Of a DNA stretch of 64,000 nucleotides, positions 38,201 through 47,759 are shown one piece after another. The notes beneath the pieces were generated by a model. That model did not search any database, was not told the origin of the DNA, and was given only the letters and a program-made list of their open reading frames with translations. Every line of letters begins with the position of its first letter. Position 1 is the first letter of the stretch. This DNA is from Octopus bimaculoides (taxonomy: Eukaryota), in NCBI RefSeq assembly GCF_001194135.2, contig NC_068988.1, positions 83,702,317 to 83,766,316 of the forward strand, read 5' to 3'. Made by a program: the position numbers and the translations under genes.

Positions 38201-40666
38201 CTTCTTTATGCAGCTGTCCTCATTCATACGCATCACATGTCCAAACCAACGTATTCTTCTCTCTTACATCCTACATTTGATACCTCTTATGCCCAATTTT
38301 TCTCTAAATACATTTGCACTTTGCCATACATGTGCACTGATGTTGCACCACCAACAGAGCATACTACCTTCATTTCTCTCCAATCTACACATGTCTTCTC
38401 CATTCAGAGCCCATGTCTCACTACCATGGAGTATAACCTTTTGCACAAATGCATCATATAGTCTGCCTTTCACTCTGAGAGAGAGAGAGTCCTTGTGTTG
38501 CCAACATAGGTAATAGCTCTCTGAACTTCCTCCACCCAATTCTTATTCTAGAAACAATACTTTCAGAGCATCCTCCACCATTGCTAATTTGGTCACCCAG
38601 GTAATGGAAACTATCTACAACCTCAAGGATGTGGCAAATGCTCAGGAGCAGGGGAAAAAACTACAAGTAGTTGATAGCTTTCATTACCTAGGTGACCAAG
38701 TCAGTAGTGGAGGTGGATGCTCTGAAAGTGTAGCTGCTAGAATAAGAATAGCCTGGACAAAGTTCAGTGAACTCCTACCTCTGCTGGTGACAAAGGGACT
38801 CTCGCTCAGAGTAAAAGGTAGACTGTATGATGCATGTGTGCGAACAGCCATGCTACACAGCAGTGAAACATGGGCTGTGACTACTGAGGACATGCGTAAG
38901 CTCGCAAGGAATGAAGCGAGTATGCTCTGCTGGATGTGTAATGTCAGTGTGCATACATGACAGAGTGTAAGTGCCCTGAGTGAAAAGTTGGACTTAAGAA
39001 ACATCAGATGTGGTGTGCAAGAGAGACACTGCGCTGATACGGTCATGTGCTGCGAATGGAAGAGGACAGCTGTGTGAAAAAGTGTCACACCCTAGCAGTA
39101 GAGGGAACCTGTGGAAGAGGTAGACCAGGAAGACATGGGATGAGGTGGTGAAGCACAACCTTTGAACATTGGGCCTCACCGAGGCAATCACAAGTGACTG
39201 AGCTCTTTGGAGATATGCTGTGCTTGAGAAGACCCGGCAAGCCAAGTGAGACCATAACCATGGCCTATGCCAGTGCAGCATAACCAGTTCATTTAAGAGT
39301 ATACTTCAATCATTGGGCAATAAACTGCAATTTCGAAGACCCGTCGAGGCAAGTGTCATTGATACTTGTGCCAGTGGCACATCAAAAGCACCATTCGAGC
39401 ATGATCATTGCCAATGCCGCCTGACTTGCTCCCGTGCCGCTGGCATGTAAAAAGCACCATTCAAACATGGTCGATGCCAGTACCACCTGACTGGCTGTCA
39501 TGCTGGTGGCACATAAAAAGCACCCACTACACTCTTAGAGTGGTTGGCGTTAGGAAGAGCATCCAGCTGTAGAAACTTTGCCAGATCAGATTGGAGCCTG
39601 GTATAGCCTTCTGGCTTGCCAGCCCATAGTCAAACTGTCCAACCCATGCCAGCATGGTAAGTGGACGTTAAACGACAATGATGATGATGATCATCATCAT
39701 CATCCTGGACAAGTGAATTCTACTATAGCCTTGGGCCAGCCAATGACATGTTAGAGATGTGTGCATGAGTGTGTACATGTATATATGTGTATGTATATGT
39801 CTGTGTTTGTTGTCATATGTTTACATACTGACACTATTTGAGCAATAATGTAAACTATTTGTTTACATCTCATTTAACCCTTTCATTACCATACTTCTGT
39901 TGGAAGTATGGTGACAAGAACATTGCTCTTGTTTCAGTTTATTTGAAAATAATGAAGAATTTAATTAATTACTTTTTTCCTTATTAAGCCGGTGGTTGAA
40001 GCATAAATTAACATGAAATTATGGTGGAAGGCTTTAATTTAGATCACTTTAAAACAGGCACCTTATATCATACAACTGGGGATGGTCTTGGGTGGATTAC
40101 CATCATAAGGGTTAAGCAATATGACTTGCAGCTTGGCGGTTTTGCTATGTAAAGACTAGTGGAATAAAAATATCTTACTTAAAAGACAAGGATTAGTGAC
40201 AGGAATAGCCATAGAATACTGGCAATAATAATTGTCCTACCAAGAAACAGCTGTATGGAGATCTCCAGCCTGTCTCCACCATTATAAAGGAAATGTGCTT
40301 GCATTTTGCATGACATTGCTGGTGAGCTAAACAAGAGCTGGTAGTTCCTAATTTAATTATTTTCAACAGTTGTTTCATTAGGAATAAACATCATTAATTC
40401 CATAATTATAATCATGCAATTATGGACTTAATGAAATAACAGTTGAAAGTAATTAAATTAGGAAGTATCTGTGAAGCTTATACTTTTCTGCCTATAGTCG
40501 CAGGAGTGGCTGTGTGGTAAGTAGCTTGCTTACCAACCACATGGTCCCGGGTTCAGTCCCACTGCGTGGCATCTTGGTCAAGTGTCTTCTACTATAGCTT
40601 CAGGCCGACCAAAGCCTTGTGAGTGGATTTGGTAGACGGAAACTGAAAGAAGCCCGTCGTATATAT

Positions 40667-40700
<34 letters not shown>

Positions 40701-43700
40701 ATGCGTTTGTATGTCTGTGTTTGTCCCGCCAACATCGCTTGACAACCGATGCTGGTGTGTTTATGTCCCCGTAACTTAGCGGTTCAACAAAAGAGACCGA
40801 TAGAATAAGTACNNNNNNNNNNNNNNNNNNNNNNNNNNNNNNNNNNNNNNNNNNAAAATATTTATTTTTCATCCCCTTTCGAAATTATCCCTACTTTTTG
40901 TGGTATGTAGTCTTGCTGCTATTTCTAGCGGGTTAGATGTCCTATTACAGGCATCTCTGTATTTTAAATGAATAACACATAGTCTATTGACTGTTTTTTA
41001 CCCTTGCTAGGCCACTGGTGGTAAATAAAATTTCTAAAATTCTTTTACTACCCTGTATTTTATTAATATATATATATATATATATAATTTAGAGAAAAGA
41101 ACTAAAATTCATGAACTCATCCATGAAAATCCATTATATACTGTGAAACTTAATTTAATTTTAATTTTTGATAAATTGAATTTAATTGAGTTTTTACCTG
41201 AAAATTTGGATTTTTATCCCTAATATTATTGTTATTATTACTATTATTATTATTATTATCATTATTATATATATGCATACACACACATGTACATATGCAT
41301 ATAGATGTATATATACACACACACACAAATGCACATACTCTATTGTAAATACGTGTGTGTGCTTGTAACTTACTTGTAATGTTCTCCGTTTGTTATCTTC
41401 TGTGTGTATCCATGCTCTCAAAGAAAGTTCACTAATGAATATTTCTGCAGCCTTAGCAAAGAGGACGGGTGCTTCAGCACTGATCATCTGAGAATAAAGC
41501 CAGCAGCACAAATAAGCAATGGAAACATAAATGAAAAAAAAACCCAAAAAAACCAACAAATGCAGTGATAAATATGTTTCTACATTTCTTTAGTATTGAC
41601 ACCAATTTTTAGCTAATAAAGATTTCTTAATAAGGTACATGACCTAAGATTTAGCTATATGCGCAAAGTTGACTTAATAAAAACCATTAATTGATGTCAA
41701 ATTTATTTTACTGAACTCCAAAAAGACAACAGGTAAAGCTGACTTTAGCAGGATTTGAACTTAGAACATAAAGAGATGTAAATGAATGTCACAAAATATT
41801 TTATTTGCAACCTATTACCTTTATTAATATAATATCAATAATGATTTCTATCCACAAGGCCACACATTTTGGAAGAAAGTAAAAATCAATTTTATTTTTG
41901 CATTTAAAGCCTTAAATACTACAAATTGTTACTCTTTTTCTCTCTCTCTCTTTCTCTTGTTAGTGAGATGCTGATCCAAGTACAGTTATTGACATTAAGG
42001 AAATAGGAATTTGATACAGTGTACACAATGGAAACCATTAGTTCACAAGATTTGTAGTGGAATCACGGGCAAGCTGACACAGAAAACTTTATATACCACG
42101 GATACTCAAGAATAATTATCAGGAAGAAAACAAAAAATAATAATTTGAATGCATGAAGAGTTTTCCTAAAAATAACTGATAGCTTCTGTCATCTAGATAA
42201 CATTATTAGCAGTTGAATAGGGTGTTCTGAAAGCATAGAAACAGAAAAAGAACTGAGTCAAAATGTCCAGGGAGCTATTACTTCTGCAACAAAGGAATTC
42301 TCAGTCCAAGTGAAGTGCAATATTTTATGGTAGCAAATCACGAATACTGGCTGTAGATGTGTAAAGGTTAGAAAAACATGAAGCAAGCACACATACCACT
42401 GGCTATCTAATGTTCATACAACATTGATACTTTTAGTTTATCAACCACAAAATGATAAAATACAAATATCACTCATCCAGATTTGAACTCATACCACTAG
42501 AAAATGTGTCTAATAATACTCTACAAAGTTTTTCATACACAGCGAAATAATAATAATTTTTTCTTGGAAAACAATAACTGTGACTATGACTGACAATAAA
42601 AAAGATTATGATTATGTTGAACTAACTTTAACATCTTCATCAAGTTTCATGATTTTCTTTATCCTTGCCAGAGGAAGTTCTTGACTCTTGAATTCATTCT
42701 AGGAAAGAAAAACAAAATCATTAGAAAGAAAGATAGGGGTTAAAAGAAAATGCTTCACTCCATAAAAAAATGAATTTAAACACTAGCATTCAAACAAACT
42801 AAAATCTAGAATTGTTTAATCCCTTAAAGTTTTCCCTTAACTCTCTCATGCAGGTTGTCTTATTCACCTACAGCTAAATCCCAGAGACTCAACACACATG
42901 TTTGGCCAGACAATAACTGAAAATCCCTTGTTGTGCTTCCATAGTAGGCCTTAGACTACACAAGAACACTATCACTACCATCACCACTACAACTGCTGTA
43001 TCTGAAATAGCAGCAAAATTTGCCTCGAATCTTAAGCACACTAAGTCTCCCACTCAAATATGTTGTTGTTGCTGTTAAGCTCTTGACCAACAGTAATTAA
43101 ATAAACCTATAATTAAAGATGTTCTAGCAGTGCTCATCCTATCTTTTTTTCACTAGTGTATGCATTAATATGTGGTTTCCTTCTTTAACCCTTGGAACCC
43201 AAGAATATATTTTAACAGGCCCAATTTCATTTGACTACATCCTTGGAAGATGCAAAAGTGAGTGACCACATTGTTTTGTATTTACAGCTGAAAACAATGA
43301 TGCTTTTGGTAATTAGTGAGCCAGAAACATAAACCCATGTGTTGTCTATTCCAGTGAGTATAGTCAAATGAATTTATAACCATTAACCTTTTCGTTACCA
43401 ACCCGGCTGAAACCGGCTCTGGCTCTGTAGTACAAATGTTTTGTTTTCGTAAGTTTTGAATTAAAATCTCCCACCAAACCTTAGTCACAATTTATGTTCT
43501 TAACACTAGCTTAATGATAACTAAGTTATTTTACTAAATATTTTGCTATATTTAAAATAACTGAAAGAAATATAGAGCATCTCAAAGTAATTATGGTAAC
43601 GAAAGGGTTAAAGCATACTTGTGGTTTCACAGGGATAAGACAATGGAGTATGATTTGAGGGAGACTTAATTGTTATTTCTGGAAAGTCAAACAATAACAT

Positions 43701-45259
43701 ATATACTTGTATATTTGGTTTGGTGCTGCATGGTACTGAGTGTAGATGTGCAGAGGCTAGAGATAACATCCTGGCAAAGGTAATACACAGTACAGAAGAC
43801 CATATAACCCCTTTGTTATCATATTTCCATTAAAATACACTTTTGTGTCAGTTGATTTTGACAATAATGAAGAATTTATCAAAATAACTTTGTTGCTATT
43901 AAACTATTGTTCGGAATATAAATTAACATACACTTTAAAACAGAACCAGAGGTAGTCTCAGGCAGATTGGTATCAAAAAGGTTGAAAGTTGATGATGATG
44001 CACATGTACACAAAATTTTACCCAACTGTAATAGGATGTCATTAAAAAGAAGTGTGATATTCACGCATGAGATCAAAAGTTTTGAAGGAGGGGGTCTACT
44101 TGATATCATTGACCCCAGTATTCGACTAGTATTTTATTTTATTGAACACGGAGGGATGAAAAGTGGCGCCGACCTCAGTAGGATCTGAACTCAGAATGTG
44201 AAGAGTTGGAACAGATACTGCAAAGCATTTTTACCAACACTCTTATGATTCTGCTAATCCACCAGCATTAAAATAAATATTCTTTCTACTATAGGCACTA
44301 GGCCAGTAGTTTTGGTGGAAGAGTATTCAATTACATGACCCCTGGGACTTATTCAGCCAGCATGCTGCCTTCAGCCTTATAATGGTTTCTCATTTAGGCA
44401 TAAGACCAGAGTTTTGAGGGAGGTGGGTTGTCAATACCAATGACCCAAGTAAGAGACTGGTACTTTTTTTATCTCCACCAGAGAGATGAAAGTCCTAAAT
44501 TGACCTTGGAAGGTTCTGGTCTAAGAACAAAAATAATCAGAACACATACACAAAGCATTTTGTCCAATGCCCTAAAGATTCAACCTATCTTTCTACTGAA
44601 TTGATATAATAACACTTCCTTTCAACAATTTATTTCTATGTATGTAAACATAGGCAGAGAATGGCTATGTAGTTAAGAAGTTCACTTGGCAGCCATGTGA
44701 TTCTGAGTTCAACTTTACATTTAATAAAAACACACACACACACACACACATACACACACACACAAATGTGTTCATGCACACACAATTTATCATAGCAAAA
44801 TACTGTTTAAGAATGACAGACAATTCCATCCATCTTTCCTACCTACTATTCCTAAGAGGGGTCATGGAGGTAGAATCCTCAGCACTTCCTCCGTAGGGTC
44901 CTACCAGAAGCAACATCATTCTGGCTGGAGTCCCAAGCATGACCAACTGAGACCAAGGATATTATCCGACCATGACGGAGGATTAATAACCATAAAAGTT
45001 ATCAATATTCACTAATTAATCAGTATTTATCACAATGTATCAGATACACAAGTATATTATCACAAATATAAGTTTTAAAAAAAAGAAAAAAAAAGAAAAA
45101 CTACAACAATGTCAAAAAACACATGCCCATCACCTGTGTCATCTTTTTGATTCCTTCTAAACTATGGGGCCAAAATGTCTGTAACATTGTTGTGGCTTCA
45201 TTTGAAATTCCTGAAGTTGCACTTCCCGTAGGTTGGTAGACAGGATCATTTCCTGACAT
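23153..45259 (-). CDS. NFYC: Nuclear transcription factor Y subunit gamma (histone-fold domain plus Q-rich C-terminal activation domain); spliced CDS join 45134-45259, 42627-42698, 41374-41487, 35493-35588, 32073-(gap), [30720-30767], [28714-28754], 28253-28534, 25271-25414, 23153-23260
   Basis: Exons with GT-AG boundaries translate to the NF-YC histone fold ([19 protein letters not shown] / [38 protein letters not shown] / [32 protein letters not shown]). The downstream exons match the NF-YC C-terminal blocks [26 protein letters not shown] and IYQIQQV. Confidence 0.97.
24462..24841. repeat. Foldback element with about 150-bp arms and a tRNA-like core; truncated inverted copy at 24199-24393
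   Basis: Arms 24462-24611 and 24691-24841 are reverse complements; the core has degenerate A/B-box-like motifs. Confidence 0.75.
25271..25414 (-). CDS. NFYC: NF-YC penultimate coding exon ([16 protein letters not shown]...QQQFTTSQ)
   Basis: cccttcag acceptor, 144 nt, donor CAG|gtactt; homologous to VQLNAGQLQYIRL. Confidence 0.92.
26872..27667. mobile_element. Inverted-repeat insertion; each arm is about 100 bp leader + tRNA-like A/B-box head + hammerhead-bearing tail (probable non-autonomous Penelope-related element)
   Basis: Arms at about 26880-27172 and 27311-27640 are reverse complements. The right arm has A box TGGCGTAGTGG and B box GTTCGATTC. An 11-bp direct repeat C(G/A)TAAAGGGAT lies at 26861-71 and 27668-78. 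Confidence 0.7.
27551..27596 (+). ncRNA. Minimal type-I hammerhead ribozyme motif (Penelope-like)
   Basis: Stem I GACAC/GTGTT; core CTGATGA (27556-62); stem II GGCTG/CAGCC; GAAA; palindromic stem III AC-GT; GUU cleavage triplet ending at 27591. Confidence 0.75.
28253..28534 (-). CDS. NFYC: NF-YC exon ([20 protein letters not shown]...[17 protein letters not shown])
   Basis: ttctttctag acceptor, 282 nt (94 codons), donor gtaagt; the 3' end matches vertebrate QVMQQIITNTGEIQQIP. Not in the ORF track. Confidence 0.9.
28714..28754 (-). CDS. NFYC: Candidate 41-nt NF-YC exon (G)[13 protein letters not shown]
   Basis: gttgctcttag acceptor, GGG|gtactc donor, phase 1 to 0. This is exactly the phase change needed to reach the phase-0 exon at 28534. 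Confidence 0.5.
30020..30405 (-). mobile_element. Young tRNA-derived SINE (GGAGTGGCTGTGTGG...GGTTCAGTCCC head); near-identical opposite-orientation copy at 40500-40812; older copies at about 5660, 33505, 35645, 51220, 56010, 56690, 62355, 63855
   Basis: A/B-box-like head, shared body and (CA)/(TA) middle microsatellite across copies. Confidence 0.85.
30720..30767 (-). CDS. NFYC: Candidate 48-nt NF-YC exon (G)[15 protein letters not shown](G)
   Basis: ttctttttacag acceptor, TCAG|gtaacc donor, symmetric phase 1/1; Q/P-rich content in the frame inherited from the polyQ exon. Confidence 0.7.
32073..32430 (-). CDS. NFYC: NF-YC polyglutamine exon; 5' part lost in N gap 32431-32642
   Basis: Mixed CAA/CAG frame is open for about 119 codons (...[28 protein letters not shown]33[48 protein letters not shown]) and ends at a strong phase-1 donor CAAG|gtaatt. 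Confidence 0.85.
32643..32978 (-). mobile_element. tRNA-derived SINE (GTGGAGGCGCAATGGCCCAGTGG head); related copies at about 6860-7165 and 53440-53700
   Basis: A box TGGCCCAGTGG, B box GTTTCGATTCC, shared 3' body. Confidence 0.85.
32990..34508 (+). mobile_element. Mariner (DD34D-type) transposon remnant with an internal SINE
   Basis: [21 protein letters not shown]; [18 protein letters not shown]; HN-APAHTA; [11 protein letters not shown]. Imperfect AGGTTGA termini at about 32993 and 34504. SINE at about 33505-33860. Confidence 0.8.
35493..35588 (-). CDS. NFYC: NF-YC coding exon 4 ([32 protein letters not shown])
   Basis: ccacag acceptor, 96 nt, donor gtaagc; histone-fold alpha3/alphaC. Confidence 0.97.
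37070..38628 (-). mobile_element. 5'-truncated RTE LINE with long 3'UTR (subfamily A)
   Basis: [22 protein letters not shown]...[21 protein letters not shown]...; the UTR ends in the RTE tail catgg...gttaaacgatgatgat. Confidence 0.85.
38628..39690 (+). mobile_element. 5'-truncated RTE LINE (subfamily B)
   Basis: [33 protein letters not shown]...SETWAVT; aaaagcacc UTR repeats; (gat)n tail. Confidence 0.9.
41374..41487 (-). CDS. NFYC: NF-YC coding exon 3 ([10 protein letters not shown]...DNKRRTLQ)
   Basis: ctcag acceptor, 114 nt, donor gtaagt; histone-fold alpha2. Confidence 0.97.
42627..42698 (-). CDS. NFYC: NF-YC coding exon 2 ([24 protein letters not shown])
   Basis: tttcctag acceptor, 72 nt, phase 0/0, donor gttagt; histone-fold alpha1. 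Confidence 0.96.
43387..43607. mobile_element. piggyBac-type MITE; a related older copy at about 39875-40112
   Basis: TTAA on both sides; TIR CC(T/C)TTTCGTTACCA. Confidence 0.8.
45134..45259 (-). CDS. NFYC: NF-YC first coding exon ([42 protein letters not shown])
   Basis: Acceptor ttcag at 45267-45268, 7 nt of UTR, ATG at 45259, 42 codons, donor CAG|gtgat. The LQTFWP motif corresponds to vertebrate LQSFWP. Confidence 0.92.
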
Positions 45260-45429
45260 GATTTACCTGAATAATAATAATAATAATAATAATAAAAATA
45301 ATAAATAAATAAATAAACATACAAAATCTGTGTCATTCATAATAAAAAAATATTAGACAGTTAAGACAATTGACCACATCATGTCTGGCTCTACTAGCCA
45401 CAACCCTCTTCTTAAGCAAGACACTTTCT

Positions 45430-45990
45430 ATTAACATCCTACCTCAAACAGTATACTCTCTGTAAGCAAAGCATGCTCCAAACAATCACAATACAATAAA
45501 ATATCACAACATATACTCCTACATGACCAATATCTGACACTACAACAATTCACACATTTTACACAGCTGCTACCCATTAATATAATGCAATTGACATATT
45601 CAGACTCCACACAATCACCATCTGCTACACCTGAAATATATAACACCGATCACACACCACAGACTGACTCTATAGAAACACCACTCTACTAAATAACACA
45701 ACTTGCATACCTTGAAACAATTAAACCCAATCCTACAACAATGTAAAATTGATGTGGTATATACAAAGATACTTCTATATTTCCATAGACAATACTCCAG
45801 GAGACTATATTCTGTGTGTGCTGCATAACCCATCGAAAATGGCAAATTCATTATAAATATTAACCTTATTCATTAATATAATCAGAAGAGGGCAGCCTCA
45901 GTGCTCTGCTGTTTGCCCTCCGACCACCTATACCGGAAGTCTTTCCCCTGAGAACTGCTAACGGTTTACTATACGGAATGCTTCCCCCTC
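45430..45990 (+). mobile_element. Probable Penelope-like 3' end with a degenerate hammerhead-like hairpin
   Basis: C/A-rich decayed coding-like sequence followed by CAGAAGA-GGGCA...TGCCCTC-CGACC (about 45885-45925), resembling a mutated CTGANGA...GAAAC core. Confidence 0.35.
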
Positions 45991-46379
45991 CATCCCTACC
46001 TAGTGTCTATCTCCTGTTGAATGTAGTGATTATGTAGCAAATAAAATGATGGTGTAGTGTATGCAGGTTGAAGGCGATTGTATGTTTACGAGATCTGCCA
46101 AATGTGAGCCTTCTTTTCTGATGCATAATGCTGCTGTCACCCTCCCAGGGTCTTGCTGGCCCACACCTTCCACACCCTCAGAGTTGGCACATTGAAAGGT
46201 AGGTCTGGTGAGATTGTTGAGATGCTTGAAGGGAGACGTGTTGTGCTGCATCCAAGGTGGAGAGGAAGTTCTATGAGGTTCCTCACAAACAAAGAATGCT
46301 GCACCCAGTGTAAACTATGAACACGTAAGAGGTGCAGTGGAATCCCAGGTAGATTAATAAATAAAGTAGTTTTTTTTTA

Positions 46380-47700
46380 TATGGCAGATGTGCAGGAACA
46401 ATAAGCACTAAGAGCACATGGGAATAAGATTTTCTCAAATGCGAGGAGGCTTTCTTGAGGTTGTAAATAGTTTCTGTTACCTAGGTGACCAAATTAGCAA
46501 TGGTGGAAAATGCTCTGAAAGTATTGTTTCTAGAATAATTGGGTGGAGGAAGTTCAGAGAGCTATTACCTCTGCTGGCAATAAAAGGAGTGAAAGTTAGA
46601 CTATATGATGCTTGTGTGTGAACGGCTATACTCCATGGTAGTGAGACATGGGCTCTGAATGCAGAAGTCATATGTAGACTGGAAAAAAATGAAGGTAGTA
46701 TGCTCCATTGGATGTGCAACATCAGTGCACATGTATGGCAAAGTGCAGATGTATTTAGAGAAAAGTTGGGCATAAGAGGAATCAAATGTAGCATGCAAGA
46801 GAGAAGACTACGTTCCATCTACACATAACAAAACTTTTCCTTCATCCTACCCCAAGAAACCAATCTACATGTCCACATCCCTTTATTGTATTCCTCCTTC
46901 ATAGGCTATGCCTAGCTCTCATTCCCCAATCCTGTCTTCACGGTCCTGTTCCTCTGTATCATTGTTATCTGGTAGTCCCTTCCAACTCCACATATACTCA
47001 GGTCTTTTGCCACACTTGCACTCTTTAATCACTTCTTTCGCAATATCCTGCTACTTGTATTATGGCATTTGACCAGGGTATACTGTTTTTCTCTGTCTTT
47101 TGCCACACTTGCACTTTTTAACCTCACTTCCTTTGCAATATCCTGCCACTTATATTATGGCGTTCAAACCTCAAGGTATGCCCTGGCACTTGCCACCATC
47201 AATATCTCTCTCTTCCTTTACTCAACCACCCCATTTATATTCTGATCTGTCTCTTGTGAGTATGCCCAGCATTTTGCCGTCATTTCTATCCTGCTATCTC
47301 CCACTCTCTCTCCTCCTGCACTTCCCTCAGGTTGGGTAACCATGTATTTCCTTTGTGGTAGCACACCTGTTTCTGCAGGTAACCTTGTACTTCCTCTACA
47401 GCAAGACACCTGTATTTGTCTTACTATAACCTTTTCATCATACAACACAAGATCACCTCCTCCAATGCCTCCTCCCCACTTAAAAGTTTTTTTTTTGTCT
47501 TGCAAGTACTTGCTTGTGCCATGTAAAAAGCACTAAGCCCATTTTGTTGAGTGGTTGGTGTTAGGAAGGGCATCCAGCTGTAAAAATCCTGCCAAAACAG
47601 TCACAGAAGTCTGGTGCAGGCTTCTGCCTGGATGGCTCTTGTGAAACTGTCCCACCCATGCTAGCATGGAAGGCGGATGTTAAACGATGATGATGATGAT
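46380..47700 (+). mobile_element. 5'-truncated RTE LINE, subfamily A (inverted relative to 37070-38628)
   Basis: Same ORF end and long 3'UTR as 37070-38628, with an internal deletion of about 250 bp; (gat)n tail. Confidence 0.85.
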
Positions 47701-47759
47701 GGAACACTGTTGGGGTTGGGGGCATGGGTATACCCCTTGCTGAGAAATGGGTTGATAAG

